Positions 1 through 9,183 of a stretch of DNA of 64,000 bases are shown piece after piece. Source of the stretch: a virus; the IMG/VR virus record IMGVR_UViG_3300042090_002000, positions 13,725 to 77,724 of that record, one strand, 5' to 3'. The stretch's first letter is position 1. Each line of letters starts with the position of its first letter. Both the position numbers and the translations under genes were made by a program. The notes below the pieces were generated by a model that had not been told where the DNA came from, searched no databases, and worked only from the letters and a program-made list of their open reading frames with translations.

Positions 1-1
1 T

Positions 2-796
2 GCGGCAAATCTCAAAGCGAGGGAAGCCCGTTTGGTGCAGATTGCGAATGCGGGCGATCCGAAATTAGCAGGACGTATGCTGGCAGATCGAACTTTGACT
101 CTCGCCGAATTGAAAACCCGATTTACAAGGCCGGAAGATATCGAGACTGCTGTTGCAGCGGCTCAGAAAATCGATCCAAATTACAAACCAGCCATTGCAG
201 ATCGCGAAGCTGATCAAGCAGGGAGTGCTGAAAATACTCGCTTCTTTGGAAACACGGATTCTCTATTGGTCAAGGGTGGTTCGCTGGATCAATTGCAGCA
301 GGCATATAAAAATTTGGGGAATACTGCGATCCCTGCAATCAACGATCTTGAAAATCTGCGCAAGGCCGCATTGGGTAGTGGCCCGATTGCGGACGCTTAT
401 GCGGCGCAGTTGGGTGTCGCCGACGATCTGGCGAAAGTTATCTCTGGCACAGGCGCAGGTTCCGATAAATCGCGCCAAGATGTTTTGAATATCATGAAGG
501 CTGATCTATCTCCCGCAGGGCAGGCGGCATCAATCAACCGTCTTCGGGCAGTCGTGGAGTCGCAGCGAAATGGCCGCATTGGTATCAACCCGTACATGAA
601 AGAACGCTTTCCTGATCCGTCTACGTTGCAAGAAACTCCGGGTGTGGCGGGAACACAGCGAGCCCCGCAGACAAAGGCTCCCAGCGGCAAAGCGGTGAGT
701 TTAGCTGCGGCGCGTGCGCTCCCCATTAATAAGGGCAAGACTGACGCGGAAATTCGAGCACATATTCAGGCTCACGGATATCAGGTAGGAGAATAA
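2..796 (+). CDS. Virion/internal (ejection-type) protein, 5' end outside the window
   Basis: The frame is open from position 2. The protein is Ala/Gln-rich and helical, and it abuts the next large ORF. Function is inferred from composition and context. Confidence 0.45.
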   Translation, partial: AANLKAREARLVQIANAGDPKLAGRMLADRTLTLAELKTRFTRPEDIETAVAAAQKIDPNYKPAIADREADQAGSAENTRFFGNTDSLLVKGGSLDQLQQAYKNLGNTAIPAINDLENLRKAALGSGPIADAYAAQLGVADDLAKVISGTGAGSDKSRQDVLNIMKADLSPAGQAASINRLRAVVESQRNGRIGINPYMKERFPDPSTLQETPGVAGTQRAPQTKAPSGKAVSLAAARALPINKGKTDAEIRAHIQAHGYQVGE

Positions 797-797
797 A

Positions 798-2537
798 ATG
801 CCGCCTCAAACATCAGCGGCTGCTGATCCGTACGCGAGCATCGCCACTCCGATTCCGGCTGCGGCTCCTGTAGCGGCTCCGACTGCACCATCGGCAGGAG
901 ACTCTGCCGATCCGTACGCTTCAATCGCTCAGCCTATCGCAGATACCACAACCACAACGCCACCTCCAGATCAATCATGGCTGGAACGGGGCGCGAATGC
1001 GATTGGAGAAACCGGCGCGCATGTTGCGACAGGGTTTGCTAAAGGTATGGGAGACACAGTTTCTGGCGTCTCTCATCTGATCAATAAAATTCCGGTTGTC
1101 GGTGAAACCCTTGCGCCATCGCAGGGAATTTCTGCGCTCGATAAAGTCGACACGACCCACGGCACGGCGGAAGCGGCAGGCAAGGGGTTGGAAGGGATTG
1201 CGGAATTTGCAACGGGCGATGAATTGATGGAGGGTTTGTCGAAAGGCGTAAAACTAGTTGCGCTTGCGAAAAAATACCCGGCGGTTGCCGAAGCGTTGGA
1301 TTTGGCAACACGCCATCCATGGCTTGCGAATATGATCACGAAAGGTGGCAAGGGTGCGGTTGTTGGAGGTGTTGAAGGTGCTGTGAAGGGCGCGCAGGAA
1401 GGGAATGTAACAAAAGGCGCGACTACTGGGGCACTGCTGGGCGGCGCGACTGGCGCAATTGAAGGCGGCGTTGACGCGGCGCGCGTAGCGAAAGCCTCGA
1501 AGCTGAACGTCAACCCGTATCGCAATGCCAGCAAGATCGAGCCCGCCATAGACGAGGCGGTAGCGAAAGCAGGCTTGCCCGCAGGAACACAGGGCGTGAC
1601 GGAACAGGCGGCTGCGGAAGCAAACGCGGCGGCTAAGACAGAGGCGCAGGCGGCTACTCAACGCAATGTTGATCAGACGCTTCAGGATATTACCCAACAG
1701 CATTCGACGACGCATGGTTTACCGGCTCCGAAGGCTGGGACGGCATCTCGCGATCTTCTGCAGAATAATGGAAACGCTCTCATCAATTCGGCAAAGAGCG
1801 ACTATGCGGTTTTGGATAAATACACCGATGGGAAATTTACAAATGTCGCCAAAGAATTAAAAAACGCACAGGTCGAGCGTACGATGAATGCAGGCAAAAC
1901 AGGCTTTGACGCGGACACTCTTGATACGAATGTCACGCGCGCTCAAATGAAATTAGATCAATTGTTTGACGACGCCGTGGCGAAAGGTATGCCGAAAGAC
2001 GTGGCAGATACAGCCAAAGCGAAATTCACCGCTGGTAATGCGACGCTGGATATTGCGCACGATGTACGCATGGCGAACAAGATTGCAGGCGACACCACTG
2101 CGAATGCCGGAGAGCGGATAACGAACCTGAGTGCGCTGGAGAACCGATGGCAGGCCCAGTACGATAGCGGACGACTTCAGCAGGCGCTAGGCGGCGAACA
2201 GCAAGCCACCGAAGCCATGAAGGCGCTTTCTTCTGCCCGTGCCACGGCGGAATTGACGGCGCAGATGCCGCCGACAGAGACGCAGGCGTTGCGTCAATTG
2301 ATCGCGGACCACACCACCACAACCAAGGTGGGAGCCAAAACAAATTGGGGCGCGCTACGCGATGACTTCAGCAAGATGTCTGATCGCGGCGCACGATTCT
2401 CTGACGTTGCGAAAGTGGAGAAATTCATTAACGATCAGGCCGCCACACAGAATTTGAAAAAGTGGGCGCTCCGCACGGCAGTTTCTGCGCCGGTAGTTGG
2501 CGGTGGAGTTGCTGCCTATGAGAAATACGGGCACTAA
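798..2537 (+). CDS. Putative internal virion/DNA ejection protein (579 aa)
   Basis: SD GGAG upstream. N-terminal DPYASIA occurs twice in a Pro/Ala linker, followed by Gly/Ala-rich amphipathic segments typical of podovirus-like ejection proteins. Confidence 0.5.
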   Translation: MPPQTSAAADPYASIATPIPAAAPVAAPTAPSAGDSADPYASIAQPIADTTTTTPPPDQSWLERGANAIGETGAHVATGFAKGMGDTVSGVSHLINKIPVVGETLAPSQGISALDKVDTTHGTAEAAGKGLEGIAEFATGDELMEGLSKGVKLVALAKKYPAVAEALDLATRHPWLANMITKGGKGAVVGGVEGAVKGAQEGNVTKGATTGALLGGATGAIEGGVDAARVAKASKLNVNPYRNASKIEPAIDEAVAKAGLPAGTQGVTEQAAAEANAAAKTEAQAATQRNVDQTLQDITQQHSTTHGLPAPKAGTASRDLLQNNGNALINSAKSDYAVLDKYTDGKFTNVAKELKNAQVERTMNAGKTGFDADTLDTNVTRAQMKLDQLFDDAVAKGMPKDVADTAKAKFTAGNATLDIAHDVRMANKIAGDTTANAGERITNLSALENRWQAQYDSGRLQQALGGEQQATEAMKALSSARATAELTAQMPPTETQALRQLIADHTTTTKVGAKTNWGALRDDFSKMSDRGARFSDVAKVEKFINDQAATQNLKKWALRTAVSAPVVGGGVAAYEKYGH

Positions 2538-2624
2538 AATAGTTGGTGGTAAATGTGGTGTATGCAGACCACTATCCATGCCACGAGCGCCAAGGTTCCC
2601 AGCACAATCCCGGCGAATTCCAAT

Positions 2625-2798
2625 TTATAGAGCATCGGGATTAACACTCAGGATCGCAACTTCCGCGCCCTCGTTGGCTGGATCGGCGGCAAGAAAACGG
2701 TTCTCGAACTCTTCCGCGAAATCCCACTCTGCATCGTTGAATAGCGCGGTCTTGATCATCAGGGCCTCATCCACTGTCAATTCAATCTTTCGCTTCAT
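2625..2798 (-). CDS. Small acidic hypothetical protein (57 aa, MKRKIELTVDEALMIK...)
   Basis: Translated by hand. It has SD GGAG and its own sigma70-type promoter (TTGCAC-17-TATTCT). Confidence 0.6.
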   Translation of the reverse strand: MKRKIELTVDEALMIKTALFNDAEWDFAEEFENRFLAADPANEGAEVAILSVNPDAL

Positions 2799-3426
2799 GG
2801 TAACTCCTATGGGTTGAGTTGCAGGGTGAGAATACCGCGAACGCGGAATTTGTGCAATGGTACGAAAGTACTGTTTTTAATTGGGCTCTGAGCCGGTCGT
2901 TTTCTTGTTCTAAAGCTAAAGGATTGCAGCGCGCGTGTGTAAATCCATATATTTCGCCAGTTTCGTGATTATGATGTAGGTGTGGCGTTGTTGATTTGGA
3001 TAAAAGGCTCCATGAGATGGGTTGCTGACATCGAACACACTCTGGTGCGGACATCATCTGGCGGATTATATTATGTGGAGTACTAAGGGCCATAGCCGTA
3101 TATCCCTTGCGATATGCGCTTTTTTGACTGTTGAGCAGAATACTAGACACGCGACACATGAATCCTCGCACACTCCGGCAAGCAAATTGATTGTTGGATC
3201 GCGATTTGGGGAGAATCCCAACGCACCCACACGGAAAGCGGTGCATATCTCCTGCGATTTGCGAATTTCTAGGAGAGACCCCACCAAATCGTCGGGTGTA
3301 CGCCCGCGCGGCTAATATGCAAGATTTACATTGGGTAGTGTGATTATCGCAGGTTTTTATGTTTCTGTAGAAGTGTTTGAGAACCTTTCGTTTATTGCAT
3401 CGGGTGCATATTTTTGTTTTGGGCAC
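2782..3426 (-). CDS. HNH/endonuclease VII-like nuclease
   Basis: N-terminal CxxC pairs, plus CxxC...HLHHNHETGEIYGFTHARCN. Confidence 0.75.
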   Translation of the reverse strand: MPKTKICTRCNKRKVLKHFYRNIKTCDNHTTQCKSCILAARAYTRRFGGVSPRNSQIAGDMHRFPCGCVGILPKSRSNNQFACRSVRGFMCRVSSILLNSQKSAYRKGYTAMALSTPHNIIRQMMSAPECVRCQQPISWSLLSKSTTPHLHHNHETGEIYGFTHARCNPLALEQENDRLRAQLKTVLSYHCTNSAFAVFSPCNSTHRSYHEAKD

Positions 3427-3736
3427 AAGACACCTATAAAATAGATGGTATCATACCCCACTATGAGAAAGCAAGAACTCGTTTCTGACTTTTGCTACTA
3501 TAAGTAGGATAGGTGACGGGCATGGACACTACCGCTTGGCCCAAAGTTTGCCCCGGATGTCTGTCAAAACACGAAGACATTCGAGGGATGATTTATGCTG
3601 ACGGTACTGCTGTTGGTGCTCGTTGTGAAAATGCTTGGCATAAAGGTCCCGGGTATGTGCCGGAAACGCTGAATCTGACAGACGACGACCGCGTATTCTT
3701 GCGGCAGAATCGGATTCGATCTTATTAAGGTGATTT

Positions 3737-4072
3737 ATGATTTCCCCGCAACAGATCGAAACAGTGCAGTGGGTGGACACCGCGATTCGCATTATTGGCT
3801 GGCCGACAGTTTTAGGTATCGTGGTGTGGGTTGTGCGTAAGTGGGACGCCGGGCAGCGCGAATTGAAAGAGTTGCACGTCAATGGCCGGGTGGCGGTCGA
3901 GACGATGAATTTGGTCAAGGCCGAAGTCGATACGATCAAGAATAACCACCTCGCACATCTTCAGACAGGCATCGAGCAGTTGGCGGGTAGTAACGACAAG
4001 GCCGTCGAAGTGCTCCAAGACATCAAAGCCGGAATCGGAATCCTAGTTGATCGCACCCCGCGAAAAGGTTAA
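3737..4072 (+). CDS. Holin-like membrane protein
   Basis: One N-terminal TM helix followed by a coiled coil. Lies downstream of a late-type promoter motif. Confidence 0.45.
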   Translation: MISPQQIETVQWVDTAIRIIGWPTVLGIVVWVVRKWDAGQRELKELHVNGRVAVETMNLVKAEVDTIKNNHLAHLQTGIEQLAGSNDKAVEVLQDIKAGIGILVDRTPRKG

Positions 4073-5457
4073 CTGAGTCGCAGACCCCAGAATTTTCGGT
4101 CAAGCATCGGCACGTTCGAAAGCCGCTTCACGCAAGAGGGATCGGCAGTCACGATAAATTTCTTGCCCGTGGGGAAACTTACTTCGATTGTCAGTTCATC
4201 AGTGCTGGCGTTCATCTTTGTCACAGTCCCGCAATAACGAGCAGCAGGCCCAGTAAGAATTTCCACGAAATCTTGCAGATGCACTACTGGAAGTGGAGGG
4301 GCGTTAGATTTTTTCATCATTTCCTGAATGTCTGCGTGCGGCACAGTTACGGCCTGCACGAAATTCCCTTCGCCGTCGCAGAGAGATGCGATCTCAGAAA
4401 TACCGCGTACGCGGAGCAGTCCACGTACAAGCGGTTGGCGCGAACAACGGGCAAAGATGTAGCCGAATGCGAGTTCGCCATCGTCGGTGACCGGTGCGAA
4501 TATCTGCGCGGGATTTTTGCGGAATAGCTTCTTACCTTGATCGCGCAGAGCCGGGGCGATCTGCAGCATTCTGTGGTCTGATGAAATTTCCAGCATGCAC
4601 CATGGCGTGTCTTGCAGATGACCTACAGGCCCGAACGAAAGGATCGGCGAGTTATCGGCAGGCGGCGCGTCGAAGCGGAAGACTTTGGCGCGATTCAGCC
4701 GGGCCAGATATCGCTTGCCCAGCCCCGCGCCGGTGAGTGACGCTTGGTGGGTGATGCTGCGCAGGTACGCGCCGACCGCCACAGCCTTGACATCTTTGTC
4801 CGCCAGAAGCCGCTTGATCGCGGGCCGGAAAATTTTGCGGATCATGGGTACCGGTGTGTGGAATTTTTCCGCGACTATGGCGTAGCTGCGGGATTCGGCA
4901 TACGCGAAGATCATATCGGTTAAACTACCATGCGGGGTGGTCTCTAATTTAGCTTTGCGGAGAATAGGGCGGATAATCTCCGCATCAGGTGCGGTGCCGA
5001 TTAAGATCATAGAGCCGATGCTTTGCTCGATGATTCGGAGATTTTGCCAGACGCGGGTTTGAATGCAGCCGTGGGTTTTGCCGATGAATGTTTGAGACTT
5101 TTCGAGCAGGTAGTATTCAATGAAGAACTCCGCAAACTCTGGGCGCAGGTGAGCGAGCAGTGGCGCAAGTTTATTAGGATAGTCGTGGGCGAACGCTTTG
5201 AAGTCGATTAGGCTGCTGTTTTCGGGAAGCGCCTCCGCGCTCAACAGTGGATCAACTTCTTTACGGCGGAATGCTTCGAGGCTGGCCGCTTCGGACACAT
5301 GGGTCATATAGTCGTGAATCCCGTGCGTCCGCTCATTGTGGGCGCGGCGTTTTATCTTGCTATGGGCTCCGCAATTGAAACTGCCGCGAGCCCGGCCATA
5401 ACTGCGCCTGCCAAGATTATGCGCCAGAGTTCTCCAACCACACGATTTAATCTTCAT
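4069..5457 (-). CDS. Transcription regulator: sigma70 region-4-like HTH domain(s) fused to a NusG-family NGN+KOW domain
   Basis: Sigma4-like segment LAHLRPEFAEFFIEYYLLEKSQTFIGKTHGCIQTRVWQNL. Second HTH SRSYAIVAEKFHTPVPMIRKIF. NGN segment WCMLEI...IFAP...LAFGYIFA...LRVRGISEI. KOW segment LQDFVEILTGPAARYCGTV. Confidence 0.75.
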   Translation of the reverse strand: MKIKSCGWRTLAHNLGRRSYGRARGSFNCGAHSKIKRRAHNERTHGIHDYMTHVSEAASLEAFRRKEVDPLLSAEALPENSSLIDFKAFAHDYPNKLAPLLAHLRPEFAEFFIEYYLLEKSQTFIGKTHGCIQTRVWQNLRIIEQSIGSMILIGTAPDAEIIRPILRKAKLETTPHGSLTDMIFAYAESRSYAIVAEKFHTPVPMIRKIFRPAIKRLLADKDVKAVAVGAYLRSITHQASLTGAGLGKRYLARLNRAKVFRFDAPPADNSPILSFGPVGHLQDTPWCMLEISSDHRMLQIAPALRDQGKKLFRKNPAQIFAPVTDDGELAFGYIFARCSRQPLVRGLLRVRGISEIASLCDGEGNFVQAVTVPHADIQEMMKKSNAPPLPVVHLQDFVEILTGPAARYCGTVTKMNASTDELTIEVSFPTGKKFIVTADPSCVKRLSNVPMLDRKFWGLRLS

Positions 5458-5767
5458 GGATTTTTTTAAGCCCCCTGATGTTTTTGCGAGCGAGTCGCAG
5501 GTAGCGTCGCACTAAAATCTCAAATAGCGCGCCGTGGTTGAGTTCTGGTTCAGCAACGTGAAGCATTTCGTGGATTAATGTTTTGTCGTAACCTTTGTCG
5601 CGTTTGTTCAACACGATGATCGGTTTCGCGAACGGCACCGCATGAACAGTCATGCCGTAGTCGGTGGGAAGGGTTTCGTTGTCTACAAACTTCAACACGC
5701 CGGGTTCAGGAAGCCGGTCGTGCCAAATCAACGTGTTGACTCGTTTGTACGCCGTCGCCAGCCTCAT
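5447..5767 (-). CDS. SprT-like zinc metalloprotease
   Basis: TLIHEMLH (HExxH) plus a downstream HG..F. Confidence 0.7.
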   Translation of the reverse strand: MRLATAYKRVNTLIWHDRLPEPGVLKFVDNETLPTDYGMTVHAVPFAKPIIVLNKRDKGYDKTLIHEMLHVAEPELNHGALFEILVRRYLRLARKNIRGLKKIHED

Positions 5768-6254
5768 GGGGTGCTCCCAAAAGAAGGGTACCCCAACGAC
5801 TAGAAGTTGTCAATCTTTTTTCTCCCAGCAATCGTGAATCGTGTTGACATACCCTCGCGCGATCAGGTCGCGTTCAAGTTCCGCTATATCCATTTGGGCA
5901 TATTGCATTTGTGCGTAATACTCCCGTGAAAACAAACGCACAGGCACTGACCGCTCTGCCCAGTGGCGTTGAATCGCGTCGCGGAACTGTTTTTCGCGCA
6001 CGTTCCCGGCCCAGCCTTGTTCATCTGTCCGCTGTTCGACACGTTCGTGCCAGTCGCGCACTTTGCCGGGCAGGCCCGGCGGGAATAAAATTGAAAGAAG
6101 CCAATTCATAAAACTCTCCTCAGTCGCTTTGGCCATGACATCCTCCATGACGCGAGAATAGCAGGATTTGGTTTTGATTGCAATAGACCGCAGGTACTAG
6201 TACTGCATGGTTTTAATTAAGACTTTCGGTTACCAAATAGGGAGGATTTTTCCT

Positions 6255-6536
6255 ATGTCACACACAATCGCATTGAGTTGGACTGCAAGCACTGACGCAG
6301 TTCAAGGCTACAATGTTTATGAAGGAACCGCCGCCGGAAATGAGTCATCGACGCCGGTGAATGGAACAACACTGATCACGGGAACCACTTACACTGTGAC
6401 GGTTGCAGGGCCGGGGGTGTACAGCTTTGTGGTCAAGTCGGTCGAGAACGGTGCAGATTCCGTCAACTCGAACGAAGTGATCGCAACTGTACCTCCGTTT
6501 CCCCCAACCGGACTCACTGTGGGAGCGATTAATTAA
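6255..6536 (+). CDS. Single fibronectin type III domain virion protein
   Basis: LSWTAS...GYNVY...YSFVVKSV...SNEV...PPTGL. SD GGAGG upstream. Confidence 0.75.
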   Translation: MSHTIALSWTASTDAVQGYNVYEGTAAGNESSTPVNGTTLITGTTYTVTVAGPGVYSFVVKSVENGADSVNSNEVIATVPPFPPTGLTVGAIN

Positions 6537-6591
6537 TTCCCTATGGTCCGCGTGGTATTCAGTAACACACATGTTTTAGGGAGATGCTGCC

Positions 6592-8070
6592 ATGGCGACA
6601 TACTATATTTCGTACTCTGCAGGTTCCGATAGCAACAACGGATTGTCGAAAACAACGCCGTGGCAGCGTCACCCATACATGCGCAAATTTGCAGGCAAGT
6701 ACACGCACGCTGCAGGTGACGTTTTTATTTTCAAGATGGGTGATAGCTGGCCGAACGCTTGCTTCGATATGGTGATCGGCGCAGGCGGAACGAGCAGCAC
6801 TCCTGATCAGTACACCTTCGATCCGACGTGGGGCACAAATCCCGGGACAGTTGGTAACACCGGGCAGACAGTCGGGGCTTACCAGTTCACCGCAGGCGGA
6901 GCCGCCATATCCGGCGGCGACGGATACAACAAATTTATTTTCAACGATGATGTGAACTACGTGACGTTCAATGGAATCGAGTTCACGGGCATGGTGTGGA
7001 CCGGGTCGCCCGCGTTCGGGAATCCGGCGATGATCGACTTGCAGCAGAGCACCAACGTGATTATCTCGAATTGCTATTTTCACGGGTGGGCGCACTCCAA
7101 CACAACATCGGACGCGCTGCTCTGTGTGCTGGGAAACGGGAACTCGCCGTACAACGCAGGCTGTCGCGTGACGGGCTGCGTATTCGATGGATTGAATTCC
7201 GGCGGCCCGGGCATCTCTGACAGCGGGTCGGCCACGTTTGCGATTCCTCTGTCCGACAACAACATCATTCGGAATATGTCCAACGGACTTCTGTTGAATG
7301 CCAACGGAGTGGCCCATGACAATCTGATCGGGCCGATCAACCAGTCTTTCGATTCCACGAATCATGAGAATTGCATTGAGCCCATCGACATGATCCCCGG
7401 GGGAACGTCGACGGTTTATATTTATAACAACGTGATTCATGACGCAACAGCCGCGATGATTTTGTGCCAAGGTGCGGCTCCGAACAATGGCGCGGAGATC
7501 GACTACGTTTGGAATAACGTGTTTTACGTGGGGACGGATGCCAATCCACCGATCCCACTGCAGTTCGATTCTATATCCACGAACATGGCGAACTGTCAAG
7601 TCCACGCATGGAACAACACCATCGTGGGCGGCGCAGGTGCGTGCATGCGTACTGTCAGTCGCGGCAATGGAAATTTCGGAGTGCTGGATATTCAGAATAA
7701 CCACTGCATCTCCGACACGGCAGCGCCCGGGGGCATCATCGAATTGGGCGTGACAGGTACCACCCTGAAAAATAACAACAACGTCCTGCAGACGCAGAAG
7801 GCAGCGGCTGCGCAGGGATACAGCAACACAGAGAAATTTTTCTACAGTCCGACTGCGGGCGGCGCAACGATTGGTGCGGGCGCGAACCTAGAAAGTCTGG
7901 CGACCGGCGCACTGGCTTCGTTGGCGCAGGACACAGGATACGCCGGAGAGCGCACTACTGTTGCCCGACCGACAAGTGGGGCGTGGGATGCTGGCGCATA
8001 TCAATTCGCGGCGGGTACAGGTACCGCACCAACACCGCCGACAAATCTTGAAATTGAGAACGTCGCTTAA
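6592..8070 (+). CDS. Right-handed parallel beta-helix protein (tailspike/depolymerase-like)
   Basis: Starts TYYIS...GSDSNNGLSKTTPW, has repeated I.NN.I/YNN beta-helix rungs, and ends with WDAGAYQF. Confidence 0.7.
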   Translation: MATYYISYSAGSDSNNGLSKTTPWQRHPYMRKFAGKYTHAAGDVFIFKMGDSWPNACFDMVIGAGGTSSTPDQYTFDPTWGTNPGTVGNTGQTVGAYQFTAGGAAISGGDGYNKFIFNDDVNYVTFNGIEFTGMVWTGSPAFGNPAMIDLQQSTNVIISNCYFHGWAHSNTTSDALLCVLGNGNSPYNAGCRVTGCVFDGLNSGGPGISDSGSATFAIPLSDNNIIRNMSNGLLLNANGVAHDNLIGPINQSFDSTNHENCIEPIDMIPGGTSTVYIYNNVIHDATAAMILCQGAAPNNGAEIDYVWNNVFYVGTDANPPIPLQFDSISTNMANCQVHAWNNTIVGGAGACMRTVSRGNGNFGVLDIQNNHCISDTAAPGGIIELGVTGTTLKNNNNVLQTQKAAAAQGYSNTEKFFYSPTAGGATIGAGANLESLATGALASLAQDTGYAGERTTVARPTSGAWDAGAYQFAAGTGTAPTPPTNLEIENVA

Positions 8071-8076
8071 AAAGGC

Positions 8077-8105
8077 TTGACACCTTTTCGTGGATGTAGT
8101 AGGAT
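8077..8105 (+). promoter_or_regulatory. Sigma70-type promoter for the structured RNA/tmRNA locus
   Basis: TTGACA(8077)-17 nt-TAGGAT(8100). The predicted start near 8112 coincides with the first hairpin. Confidence 0.65.
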
Positions 8106-8111
8106 CGCGGT

Positions 8112-8332
8112 GTCGGACCTACTCACGGGGATGCCACCGCCATCAGGACGTGCATAACGACCGGATGGCAAGCGTACCGTTAACTGCGACTTGAAGGTGT
8201 CTCCCTGAGTAGGCCTGACTGGTGGAGGTGAAATGGTTCCACTGGGATGTTCGTCGGTCACTGAACCAAGCCATGCATGCATGAAACTCATCCGGTCTGC
8301 TGCCGAACATCCCAGTGGGGCCGTTTCGCTCC
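8112..8332 (+). ncRNA. Structured RNA domain (two long hairpins with complementary loops), 5' of the tmRNA acceptor piece
   Basis: 8112-8138 pairs with 8196-8219 and 8224-8253 pairs with 8304-8332. Loop GACCGGATG (8159-8167) is the exact complement of loop CATCCGGTC (8289-8297). Confidence 0.7.
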
Positions 8333-8342
8333 GAAAGTTACG

Positions 8343-8682
8343 CTCGTAGAAAGGTCATGACTGCCTAAGTGGAAGGGAGTTCAACTCTCCCCCGATCCAC
8401 CCGATGAGTGATGCGCCATGGGTTTCGTGAAACCCGCCATCTGTTTGTGATCACTCATTCGGTGGGTCGGACGGGTTTCGACACATAGGTCGAGAAGTGA
8501 CGCTAGTTCGAGTCGAAGTGAACGCGACGTAATCGCGTATCAAACGATAGACGCCAAAACTAAAATGGCTAAGGTCCTTGCGTTCCCAGCAATGCGAACT
8601 GTGGCTCCGGCCCGACAGTTTGCGCTGGCTGCGTAAGAGCCGCCCGGGAGTGGCCGAAAGCTGCTCCCGGGATTTTAATTTT
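8343..8682 (+). ncRNA. ssrA: Circularly permuted (two-piece) tmRNA
   Basis: The T-arm GGGAG-TTCAACT-CTCCC and CCGATCC-A (8375-8399) precede the 5' end GGGTCGG-ACGGGTTTCGAC (8464). The acceptor stem has G3:U70 and A73. P2 helix pairings are present. The resume motif ATAGAC-GCC opens the tag AKTKMAKVLAFPAMRTVAPARQFALAA* (8553-8636). Confidence 0.92.
8643..8682 (+). terminator. Intrinsic terminator after the tmRNA coding piece
   Basis: CCCGGGAG...CTCCCGGG hairpin followed by ATTTTAATTTT. Confidence 0.7.
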
Positions 8683-9183
8683 ATGACAAAAAGTCTTGCA
8701 AAACAGAAAGAGTACCGCGACCGGCGAACTGCTGCCGGAATTTGCGTTGCTTGTGGTGGGTTATTATCAAGGAAGACCGTGATTTGTGCATCGTGTCAAG
8801 AAACACGCAATACGTATCGTCGTACTCGTCGAGCAGATCGCAAGAAAAAAGGGTTGTGTCCAGAATGTGGTGAGGTTGCTCCTAATGGGCGCACATACTG
8901 TTTGGATTGTGTTTTTCTGCATAGACTGGATTTATTAAAATTATCGCCTGAAGAGACGGAGCGAGCCGTTAAGGCATGGAATTCATTTCAGGGCGCATGC
9001 GAGTGTTGTGGGACTACTCAACCGCCAAAGCGGGGCTGGTTTATGGATCACGATCACAAAGCGAAAAAATTTCGAGGGATTATATGTCAATTTTGTAATA
9101 CAGGATTAGGGTATTTTTTCGACGATGTGACCAAACTTCACGCCGCAATCGAATATATAAAAAGGAGTCAAAATCGTGCCTAG
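8683..9183 (+). CDS. Endonuclease VII-like HNH nuclease
   Basis: CECCG...MDHDHKAKKFRGIICQFCNTGLG, with N-terminal CxxC repeats. Confidence 0.8.
   Translation: MTKSLAKQKEYRDRRTAAGICVACGGLLSRKTVICASCQETRNTYRRTRRADRKKKGLCPECGEVAPNGRTYCLDCVFLHRLDLLKLSPEETERAVKAWNSFQGACECCGTTQPPKRGWFMDHDHKAKKFRGIICQFCNTGLGYFFDDVTKLHAAIEYIKRSQNRA

Noticed and set aside
6559-7704. 381-aa minus-strand ORF and similar long antisense ORFs over GroEL, portal, scaffold and ERF
   Set aside because: They lie opposite well-supported genes and have no recognisable motifs, as expected from GC-rich codon bias.
8578-8682. ORF-track N-terminal extension of the HNH gene
   Set aside because: It overlaps the tmRNA tag region and terminator. 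ATG 8683 is the more plausible start.
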